A stretch of 64,000 nucleotides of DNA from Nitrospirota bacterium (GTDB taxonomy: Bacteria > Nitrospirota > Thermodesulfovibrionia > Thermodesulfovibrionales > Dissulfurispiraceae), in the NCBI GenBank assembly GCA_963790025.1, contig CAWBMP010000004.1:1280001-1344000 (forward strand), given 5' to 3'. Both the position numbers and the translations under genes were made by a program. The notes beneath the pieces were generated by a model that was not told the DNA's origin, did no database searches, and was given only the letters and a program-made list of their open reading frames with translations. This document shows positions 30,182 through 37,853 of this stretch, one piece after another; the stretch's first letter is position 1; each line of letters opens with the position of its first letter.

Positions 30182-31165
30182 CTAGGCAAATAGTAGTACG
30201 AATTGTTCAAACAGCTCCCTATGAAAGTGATTGATCATTTCCTCTCTCATGACCGTTAGTGCCTCAAAAGGAGTGAGTTTCGGTTTGTAGGATCGCTCAG
30301 CAGTCAATGCGTCATACACATCCGCAATACAGCAGAGTCTGCCATATACATGGATTTGATCGCCTTTGAGTCTGCGGGGGTACCCATTGCCGTCCTCCCT
30401 CTCGTGGTGCTGCATCTCGATAATCTTACACTCCTCCGTTAATTGGCCTGCCTCGGAAAGGATCTTGTAGCCCTGATACGGATGTGTTCTCATTTTCTGT
30501 ATCTCTTCTTTTGTAAGTCTTCCTGGCTTGTTGATTATCCCTGGATCAACACGGACTTTGCCGATATCGTGCAGGAAAAAGCCCGCTCCCAGTTCATGCA
30601 TATCATGAGCATCGGAATCTTTAAACAGTACCTTTGAAAGCATAATCGATAAAACTCCGACGTTTACCGAATGGGTGTACGTATAAAAATCATGAGATGT
30701 GATCCTCAATAAATAGTTCGCCGTAGCATCGTCCGAAATGAGAAGGTCCACGATTTCAGCAATTTCCTCTTTTGCTATTCGAATGTTTTCGGCCTTGGGG
30801 TCCGACAGCAGCTTGCCCATAAGTTCAACGGTCGACTTATATACCACTCTTGCTTTTTTCTCCGGAGCAAGTGTCCTGCTGTGAATGGCGTCTCTTAATT
30901 CATCCGAAACCAGTTTCTCAGTCTCCCACTTTTGAGGAGGCGCCAAATCCTCGTCTCCATGGCTCATTGATCCAAAATCTTCAAACGGCATTCCCTTGGA
31001 GCTATTTATATTCACCTCATCAAACCCGCCATCGATGATTTTTGCTATTTCAGAATGGTGTTTAATTGTAAATTCGTTTTTCAGGAAGGGATGATCAAGC
31101 CACGAAACAGGCAAGACGACGTGCATACCGACCTTCAACTCTTTTACCTTTATCCTCTGGATCAT
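30182..31165 (-). CDS. HD-GYP c-di-GMP phosphodiesterase with DUF3391-like N-terminus
   Basis: YTYTHSVNV, LHDIGK, HHEREDGNGYP, IADVYDALT. Confidence 0.9.
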   Translation of the reverse strand: MIQRIKVKELKVGMHVVLPVSWLDHPFLKNEFTIKHHSEIAKIIDGGFDEVNINSSKGMPFEDFGSMSHGDEDLAPPQKWETEKLVSDELRDAIHSRTLAPEKKARVVYKSTVELMGKLLSDPKAENIRIAKEEIAEIVDLLISDDATANYLLRITSHDFYTYTHSVNVGVLSIMLSKVLFKDSDAHDMHELGAGFFLHDIGKVRVDPGIINKPGRLTKEEIQKMRTHPYQGYKILSEAGQLTEECKIIEMQHHEREDGNGYPRRLKGDQIHVYGRLCCIADVYDALTAERSYKPKLTPFEALTVMREEMINHFHRELFEQFVLLFA

Positions 31166-31263
31166 ACAGCTATTTTAAACTATACCAGCATAAATTAAAA
31201 AAAGTTCTGATTTGTCCCGATTCGTTTTTGTCTGAGAGAAAAAGTAGGGTCTACCATAGGATT

Positions 31264-31460
31264 TATGCAGATGACTATGGCAGCTTTATTCATGTAAGAT
31301 ATGCTTAACGGGGGTGTGGCTTGTGGGGTCAGTGGCCTGTTCATTCAGGCTCACTTGAGTCTGAAATGCCGCCTCCGTCATCTGCATCATCCTCAAAAGG
31401 GTCGACCGGGATGGTGCCAAATGTGGCTCTGTAAGTAGACGAGACCTGAGGATGATAATC
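31264..31460 (+). ncRNA. IS110 bridge RNA (target-binding and donor-binding loops)
   Basis: Two stem/internal-loop/hairpin modules: 31308-31378 with guides GTGGGGTC and GAGTCTGA; 31386-31456 with guides CGGGATG and GTAGAC; these match the flank and end sequences. Confidence 0.8.
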
Positions 31461-31480
31461 TTGTCTGCAAAGGAGACTAC

Positions 31481-32680
31481 ATGAAAAAAGATGATCCCCT
31501 CGAACTGCGTGTAAGCGTCGATATTGGCTGCCGCAGTCACAACGTTGCAATCGGCCTATCCAGCGGTGAAGTCCTCGATGAATTCTCAATCGTGCATGAA
31601 CCTGAAGGGTTCCGGCAATTCTTCTGTCGCATCGAGAAGCAGGAGCAAAGGTTTAGTTGTCCCGTTGCCGTAGCAATGGAGGGCTTCAACGGCTACGCAC
31701 GTCCGCTGGACACGCTCGTTCGGGCCCGCAATTATCGCCTCTTCAATATCAACAATCTCAAGCTTGCTCGATTCAAGGAGATATTCCCCGGTGCCGCGAA
31801 GACCGATGCAATCGACGCAAGGAAAGGACTGGAGCTTTTTCAGCTTCGAGATCATCTGCCGATAGCCAAGGATGTGCTGCAGGAGGTACGCAAAACGCCG
31901 CGGGACAACGACATTCTAAAGCGGCTATCACGGCGCCGACGTCGTTTGGTCGATGAGCGAGTACGGGTAGTAAACAACCTACAGGCCGATCTTCACGCTG
32001 TATGTCCGGGACTTCTGGAGATTACCGGTGAGGCCGACAATATGTGGTTTCTTGGATTTCTGACCAGCACGGATGACCTTCGCACGCTTGCACGCATGCG
32101 GGAAACAACTATCCGCAAGATCCCGGGCATTGGTAAGAAATATGCCTCTGTTATTGTTGAATGGCAGAAAACAGCACAGTTTAGTCACGACGTCGAGTGG
32201 GTCGGTGAAATGATCCAGGAAGATGCAATCCGCGTGATGGAACTCCATGCCAAGATAAAATCACTTGAAGCAAAGATGGAGGGTGTTGCACACGGCTCGG
32301 ATATTGCGCAAACGCTCGCAACCATTCCAGGATTCGGTTCCATTTGTACATCTGAACTCGCCGGAGAGATTGGAACTATCGAGCGCTTTGGCAGCGAAGC
32401 AAGTCTGGCTCTGTATATTGGGATGGCGAATCTTGACAATAGTTCAGGCAAGCAAAAAGGATCAAAACCACCAACGCAGGTTAATACTCGGGCTAAGGCC
32501 GCAATGATGGTTGCCGTAGATCGGCACCGAAAACAAGTTCCGCAGTCTCAACAATATTATGAGAAAAAAAGAGCTGAAGGCAAGAAACATAACCAGGCAC
32601 TACGTGCGCTTGGTCGTCATCTTTGCCGTGTTATTTTCAAGATGCTGAAGGAGAACAGAGGGTACATCTTATCTAAATAA
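31481..32680 (+). CDS. IS110 family DEDD recombinase/transposase
   Basis: RuvC-like DEDD (SVDIG, AMEG, KTDAID), IPGFG, catalytic Ser in DNSSGK; AAGGAG SD. Confidence 0.95.
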   Translation: MKKDDPLELRVSVDIGCRSHNVAIGLSSGEVLDEFSIVHEPEGFRQFFCRIEKQEQRFSCPVAVAMEGFNGYARPLDTLVRARNYRLFNINNLKLARFKEIFPGAAKTDAIDARKGLELFQLRDHLPIAKDVLQEVRKTPRDNDILKRLSRRRRRLVDERVRVVNNLQADLHAVCPGLLEITGEADNMWFLGFLTSTDDLRTLARMRETTIRKIPGIGKKYASVIVEWQKTAQFSHDVEWVGEMIQEDAIRVMELHAKIKSLEAKMEGVAHGSDIAQTLATIPGFGSICTSELAGEIGTIERFGSEASLALYIGMANLDNSSGKQKGSKPPTQVNTRAKAAMMVAVDRHRKQVPQSQQYYEKKRAEGKKHNQALRALGRHLCRVIFKMLKENRGYILSK

Positions 32681-32831
32681 GAAAAAATATATTGAAAATT
32701 CCAGCGGGATGTTCAGGCTTGATTATATGCATTTGCGGTCCATGTGTCCATGACTATTTTCATTTATAATCCGCACCATGCTTGGAAAGTCCGATGTGTT
32801 TGTTTTTGTACGTAAAAGCGACACAAAAACC

Positions 32832-33500
32832 TTACGATTCCATCGGCAATATATTTGATTCAGAGTCAAACTTCGGGGAATTCACCGTGTTCGACACCTT
32901 ATACATTTCCATCTCTTCTGAGGGATACGGTCTTAAAATCTCCTTCAATGCCTTATAATCCTGACATGCTGGATCGAGCCATATATCCACGTCCTCTGGA
33001 GGCACGATCACCGGCATACGGTTATGAATGGACGACACTAAATCGTTAGATTCGGTTGTTATTATCGCGCAGCCGCAAATTTTATCCCCGTCAAAAGAAG
33101 ACCAATAATTATAGATTCCAGCAAAACCAAAAGGCTTTCCAGATTTTAACCTTATATAAAATGGAGTCTTCTTCTGTCTCTCCCTCTTCCACTCGTAAAA
33201 ACCATCCGCTATTACCAGGCATCTTTGCTTTTTGAATGCCTCTTTGAAACTTGGCTTTTCATCTATTGTCTCGGCTCTGGCGTTGATCATGGGGCTGCCT
33301 TCGGAAAGATCTTTTATCCATGGGGGCAAGAATCCCCATCGACACCTTATCAGTTCCCTCTTGCCTAAATTGTTTACGATGATAATTTCTTGAGAAGGGG
33401 ATACATTATAGCTCGCGGAAAGGTCGAAAGAAGGAGACTCGATATGGAATATCTCGACGACAGACGTTATCGGAGCAATCCTGACAAAGCGGCCACACAT
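32832..33500 (-). CDS. SOS response-associated peptidase (SRAP/YedK/HMCES)
   Basis: N-terminal MCGRF, INARAET, DGFYEW, IHNRMPV. Confidence 0.95.
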   Translation of the reverse strand: MCGRFVRIAPITSVVEIFHIESPSFDLSASYNVSPSQEIIIVNNLGKRELIRCRWGFLPPWIKDLSEGSPMINARAETIDEKPSFKEAFKKQRCLVIADGFYEWKRERQKKTPFYIRLKSGKPFGFAGIYNYWSSFDGDKICGCAIITTESNDLVSSIHNRMPVIVPPEDVDIWLDPACQDYKALKEILRPYPSEEMEMYKVSNTVNSPKFDSESNILPMES

Positions 33501-33710
33501 AAATTAAGATACCATACCAGCCGTCCAGAGTGAGGACCATCTCGACTTATAACCCACCTGCCGTTTATGATATAACCATGACAATTTTCTACGGAATCAT
33601 TCCACTCGGCGCGGTTTTATTACGGCTCTACCTCCTGATTTCTTTCCTGAGCAGAAAACACCGGATATAAAATAGGAAACGCGGCAGTCTTTACTTAAAG
33701 GAGACCCACT

Positions 33711-33854
33711 ATGACAATTGCATGGGAGAAGTTGGAAAGCGAGACACGGGGCGTGGCAGACATATACCGGACTAAGGTTCCCGGCGGCTGGTTAGTGACG
33801 GCCCATGGTGGCGGGATAATGTTTGTACCTGATCCCAACCACAAATGGAAATAA
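33711..33854 (+). CDS. 47-aa small protein (not in ORF track)
   Basis: AAAGGAGA SD; MTIAWEKL...RTKVPGGWLV...IMFVPDPNHKWK; TAATG overlap with resolvase start. Confidence 0.75.
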   Translation: MTIAWEKLESETRGVADIYRTKVPGGWLVTAHGGGIMFVPDPNHKWK

Positions 33855-34558
33855 TGAGAACAGCTATTTACGCCCGAGTATCAACAGTCGATAAGGGCCA
33901 GGATCCGGAAATCCAGCTTCGGCCGCTCAGAGAATACTGCCAAGCTAGAAGCATGGAGATCGCTGGCGAGTATGTGGATCACATGACCGGCAGCAAGGAC
34001 CGGAGGCCTGAACTGGACAAATTAATGGATGCAGCTCGCAAGCGCCAGATCGATTGCATTATAGTTTGGAAGCTGGACAGGTTCGGCAGATCTCTTAAGC
34101 ATCTGGTAACTTCCATTGATGAGCTGAACAGCCTAGGCGTCGCTTTTATCAGCTATCAGGAAAACATCGATCTCTCCACGGCAGCCGGTAAACTCATGTT
34201 ACACATCATCGGCGCCATGGCCGAATTTGAGCGCGAGCTGATAGGGGAAAGAGTGAAAGCCGGAATTGTGAACAGCCGTGCGAAAGGTAAGGCGCATGGA
34301 AGGAAGTCTTTAGCGCCTGTTGATATCAGAAGGGTGATCGAGGCCTTCGAACAGGAGCCCACTGCTTCAGTTCGTAAGCTGGCTAAGCTAACTAATGTCC
34401 CTAAGTCATCAGTGGGCCGTATATTGACAGACTTTAAGGCAGGGCTCCTGGACCAGGATGGTCTGCGTTATGCAGCCCCTCTTTTGCCTGTCCCAAAAAC
34501 CACCTCAGATTCCGGGGGGCAAGATGACCAAAAGACGCCACTTTTGCCGGTCGTATGA
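33854..34558 (+). CDS. Serine recombinase (resolvase/invertase family) with C-terminal HTH
   Basis: AIYARVST, KLDRFGRS, MAEFERELI; start 33854 coupled to the upstream ORF. Confidence 0.95.
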   Translation: MRTAIYARVSTVDKGQDPEIQLRPLREYCQARSMEIAGEYVDHMTGSKDRRPELDKLMDAARKRQIDCIIVWKLDRFGRSLKHLVTSIDELNSLGVAFISYQENIDLSTAAGKLMLHIIGAMAEFERELIGERVKAGIVNSRAKGKAHGRKSLAPVDIRRVIEAFEQEPTASVRKLAKLTNVPKSSVGRILTDFKAGLLDQDGLRYAAPLLPVPKTTSDSGGQDDQKTPLLPVV

Positions 34559-34561
34559 TAC

Positions 34562-34589
34562 TGTCCCACAAACAGATGTTTTATGGACA
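34562..34589. promoter_or_regulatory. Putative res-like resolvase binding site
   Basis: Imperfect palindrome TGTCCCACAAAC-AGAT-GTTTTATGGACA; similar half-sites at 34489 and 34634. Confidence 0.45.
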
Positions 34590-34813
34590 AGATGAAAAGG
34601 GCAAAAATGATCAGCTCATCAGATAAAATCACCTGTCCCAAAGATGGCTCGACTCGGTATGTAGCAGCCTGCGAGCATAACTGCCCCAGGCGCGAAAAGT
34701 GCGGAGCCCTAGACACGTACCGGCACCCATTCCTTTTCAGTAAAGGGACAGACACGGTGTTGAAGGGGCCCCAAAGTGATTCTATGAGGCACAACACTAA
34801 ACAGAAGTCGTGA
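34583..34813 (+). CDS. Possible small Cys-rich protein
   Basis: CPKDG...CEHNC...C; start uncertain. Confidence 0.3.
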   Translation: MDKMKRAKMISSSDKITCPKDGSTRYVAACEHNCPRREKCGALDTYRHPFLFSKGTDTVLKGPQSDSMRHNTKQKS

Positions 34814-35125
34814 CTAACACTTTCATATAGTAACTCTTGCCGACGCGCCATCAGTTAATACTAAAGATTTTTTTCCAGTATAAAACACCCATGGATGTTG
34901 ACTTCACCCCGCTAATATTTATAAAGAACTCAGCACAAAAAATAACCTCATAACTGTCAGTGTTCGATTCTATTGCCAGTTCTGCTGTTCTGACACTGAA
35001 TGATAGGATTAAATAGGGCTACTGCATCAATACCCACGCCACCGTTGCATTTTACAGCACATAGCTTCGTTTTGTATCTCATAATACTTGCCAATAAAAA
35101 CAACGTGTTACTGTATAGAATTTTT

Positions 35126-35216
35126 ATGTTGTTACATAGTACAACATTTGTTGGTTTGGTAAGGTTTAAAAAAATACCGTATAAACAACCATATTCGTTT
35201 TGGCACGGAAAGTGAT
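35126..35216 (+). promoter_or_regulatory. Possible sigma-54 promoter with upstream palindromic activator site
   Basis: TGGCACGGAAAGTGAT at 35201 (good -24, imperfect -12); ATGTTGT-N8-ACAACAT at 35126-35147. Confidence 0.4.
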
Positions 35217-35247
35217 ATATAGTAAATATAAAACAAAGCACTTAAAG

Positions 35248-35605
35248 GGAGGATACAATGAGATTATTTGAAAGGTTTGAAAGAATCATGATGGCAGCAG
35301 CTTTTGCTGAAGAGGGAGAGCTTGATACTGCAAAGCAGATGATGAAAGAAAACGAAACAAGGAAGGACCTTCGTTCCACACAGCGGAAAGAGCATGACAA
35401 ACGGCAGGAATTGAGGGCGGAATAACAAGGAGGATACAATGAGATTATTTGAAAGGTTTGAAAGAATCATGATGGCTGCAGCTTTTGCTGAAGAGGGAGA
35501 GCTTGATACTGCAAAGCAGATGATGAAAGAAAACGAAACAAGGAAGGACCTTCGTTCCACACAGCGGAAAGAGCATGACAAACGGCAGGAATTGAGGGCG
35601 GAATA
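35248..35605 (+). repeat. Direct tandem duplication, 177-bp units with 181-bp period
   Basis: 35248-35424 vs 35429-35605; one synonymous difference seen (GCA/GCT). Confidence 0.95.
35258..35425 (+). CDS. 55-aa small protein, copy 1 (AAAFAEEGE motif)
   Basis: GGAGG SD; MRLFERFERIMMAAAFAEEGELDTAKQMMKE...RQELRAE. Confidence 0.8.
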   Translation: MRLFERFERIMMAAAFAEEGELDTAKQMMKENETRKDLRSTQRKEHDKRQELRAE

Positions 35606-35606
35606 G
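35439..35606 (+). CDS. 55-aa small protein, copy 2 (identical product)
   Basis: AGGAGG SD; same peptide, ends TAG. Confidence 0.8.
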   Translation: MRLFERFERIMMAAAFAEEGELDTAKQMMKENETRKDLRSTQRKEHDKRQELRAE

Positions 35607-35608
35607 CC

Positions 35609-36034
35609 ATGAAAAGGAGTTTTGACACCCTAATGTCGGCAGTAACATTTGCCGAGTCAGGCGAGTTTGATACTTCGCGTGAACTCATGAAGGAAGGCAA
35701 GAGGATATTGGTATCGGTTAATTCAGAAACTTCTGGGAAGGAACTATTCCGCTATGCATCAAATATATGCAAGAGAACAGGGGCAAGTCTGGATGTTTTG
35801 TATAGCGGCAGCCTTGTTGACGGAGTATTGGCTAACAAGTTAACAAAACTTTTAGCCGATGATGTCAGCTACAGATTGGTGCTTGGGAAAGGCAATGTGA
35901 AAAAGGATATTATAAATTACACAAATACCCATTCGGACATAATTTTTGCGGTTGTTGATAACGAGGTCCCTAGTCTTCCACAAATCAGGCAAAGATTAAA
36001 ATGTCCACTGGTTGTAGTGTCGCGTGCAACATAA
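35609..36034 (+). CDS. Universal-stress-protein-like protein with N-terminal AVTFAESGE motif
   Basis: KRILVSV...YASNICKR...LDVL...CPLVVV USP-like pattern. Confidence 0.65.
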   Translation: MKRSFDTLMSAVTFAESGEFDTSRELMKEGKRILVSVNSETSGKELFRYASNICKRTGASLDVLYSGSLVDGVLANKLTKLLADDVSYRLVLGKGNVKKDIINYTNTHSDIIFAVVDNEVPSLPQIRQRLKCPLVVVSRAT

Positions 36035-36496
36035 ATCAACTGTCCTGAACAGCACTTACGTTTTCAACCTCTGTAAACGAAACTCATGGCTATCACTTTC
36101 AAATAGAAATCGAGACCATTAGGGAAGACGGCTTATCATAACGGTTTCTTCCGGCATAAAACATTCATAATGTTTTGACTCCACCCTGCAAACTGAGTCT
36201 ATCTCTATTTCAGGGATAATTGGTTATGTAGTTTTTATCGCTGGATTGGCGTAATAATATGCTCTTTAGATTATATATAAGGAAGTAAGATGAGAAAAGA
36301 TAAACCTCCGTTTACAAAATTTATTATTCAAATTCCTAAATAGTGTCTGTACATAAACTGATATAGAACTCAACACAGTTAAGAATACTGTGTGCCATAA
36401 CAGGGACAGCAGGAGCAGAAAAAAAACCGAATAACACTGATACAGACCCGGACATATACAGGCAGGGAAATTAAAAAACGAAAGGAGGAAAACATT

Positions 36497-37012
36497 ATGG
36501 AATATAAAAATCTGATGTTAGCTGAGTCCCGAAATGGCAATACTGAGGCAATCAAGCAGCTTCTTGAAGCGGGCACGGATGTGAATGCAATGAATAATTT
36601 TGGAGATACCCCATTAATGTTGGCAGCCCGTTATGGCCACACTGAAACAGTAAAGCTCCTTCTGGAAGCGGGCGCTGATGTTAATGCTAATAATAATTAT
36701 GGCTGGACTGCTCTAATGTGGGCGGCCCGTTATGGCCACACTGAAACAGTAAAGTTCCTTCTCGAAAAAGGCGCAGATGTAAATAGAGAGAACCGTCATG
36801 GCAACACAGCACTACTGCTTGCAGCTTATGAAGGCAGTACTGAGACGATGAAGCTACTTCTTGAAGCTGGCGCTGATGTTAACGCAACGAACGGAGAAGA
36901 CGATAGTGTATTGAGCTATGCCTATGAACTCAAGGACGAAGCCAAGCGAGAGGCGATAATAGAGATGTGTAGGGAATACGCCCTGGATAATGGTGGTGAA
37001 ACAAGTGACTAG
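36497..37012 (+). CDS. Ankyrin repeat protein
   Basis: Repeats of G.TPLM.AA..GH.ETVKLLLE.GADVNA. Confidence 0.95.
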   Translation: MEYKNLMLAESRNGNTEAIKQLLEAGTDVNAMNNFGDTPLMLAARYGHTETVKLLLEAGADVNANNNYGWTALMWAARYGHTETVKFLLEKGADVNRENRHGNTALLLAAYEGSTETMKLLLEAGADVNATNGEDDSVLSYAYELKDEAKREAIIEMCREYALDNGGETSD

Positions 37013-37365
37013 TGGCCTTTCAGGGTACATAAAAAAAGGGTAGGCGAAGAAGGGGAAAAATACAATGTGCCCGGAACCCGAAGAATGTTTCTTGCTTCTT
37101 GATGGTAACAAGTATCTTTGGTTTCAATGTTTTATTCTCCTTTATCGAAAGAACTATAAAAACAATAATTATGATATCTAATAGGGAATATATAAGACAA
37201 CCAAAGAGGTAGGCTCGCCGTGTTCAAGAAGGAATTCCTTTTTAGTACACTCTTTCCTATGCTAAATCTTGAAGCATTTACACCAATTTTATAGAATACT
37301 TTTTGCCAAGTTTCTTGCTGTGGATGACCAAAGACAGTTCCCTGGCGGTCAAAAAGATTATGATA

Positions 37366-37551
37366 TTATTGCCTCCACCATACACGAAAAAGATAGATTG
37401 CAGGCACGATAAACACAATCGTCACAATAACGATCCAGTTAAGAAATAACGGTTGGAAGCAAACACCCAGGACAATTCCAAGTGAAATCATGGATAATTT
37501 TAAGAGGCCCACCTGCCACCATTTAAGCGTAAATGATTTAAATAAATTCAT
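37366..37551 (-). CDS. Small two-TM membrane protein
   Basis: 61 aa, two hydrophobic helices. Confidence 0.65.
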   Translation of the reverse strand: MNLFKSFTLKWWQVGLLKLSMISLGIVLGVCFQPLFLNWIVIVTIVFIVPAIYLFRVWWRQ

Positions 37552-37579
37552 AACATTATCCTACCATACTTGGAACATT

Positions 37580-37780
37580 GTAATAAGTTCTCTGACCCAT
37601 GAAGCTACCCATCCACTCGAAGGGCCACCTACTCCGTAGATATGGGAAGCGTAAACTATTGACCGGCCGGGGATTTAGTGGTACCATTCACCTGGCGCAT
37701 CGCCTGGATCGGGAAACAAGCGGTATAATACTTGCCGCAAAAACAGAAATTACCTACCGCTCGCTCTTGATTAATGCTAT
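37580..37780 (+). pseudogene. RluA-family pseudouridine synthase remnant
   Basis: IHLAHRLDRETSGIILAAKT catalytic motif in a short, truncated frame. Confidence 0.7.
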
Positions 37781-37853
37781 TTGGTGTTTGTTACTGTCAA
37801 CTATTTAGCCTGCGAATAACACCTATATTCAAAATGAGTTTTACGCCTTCGCC

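Larger units (their letters stand above)
31249..32714 (+). mobile_element. Complete IS110-family insertion sequence (non-coding left end, recombinase, short right end)
   Basis: Junctions AGTAGGGTCTACC (left) and CGGGATGTTCAGGC (right) share a 2-nt core (TC or GT); no terminal IRs; both junctions match guides in the left-end RNA. Confidence 0.85.

Noticed and set aside
31286..31589. Short minus-strand ORFs over the IS110 left end
   Set aside because: No motifs; region is better explained as the structured bridge RNA
35248..35605. CRISPR array
   Set aside because: Only two long coding units with no unique spacers; no cas genes in the window
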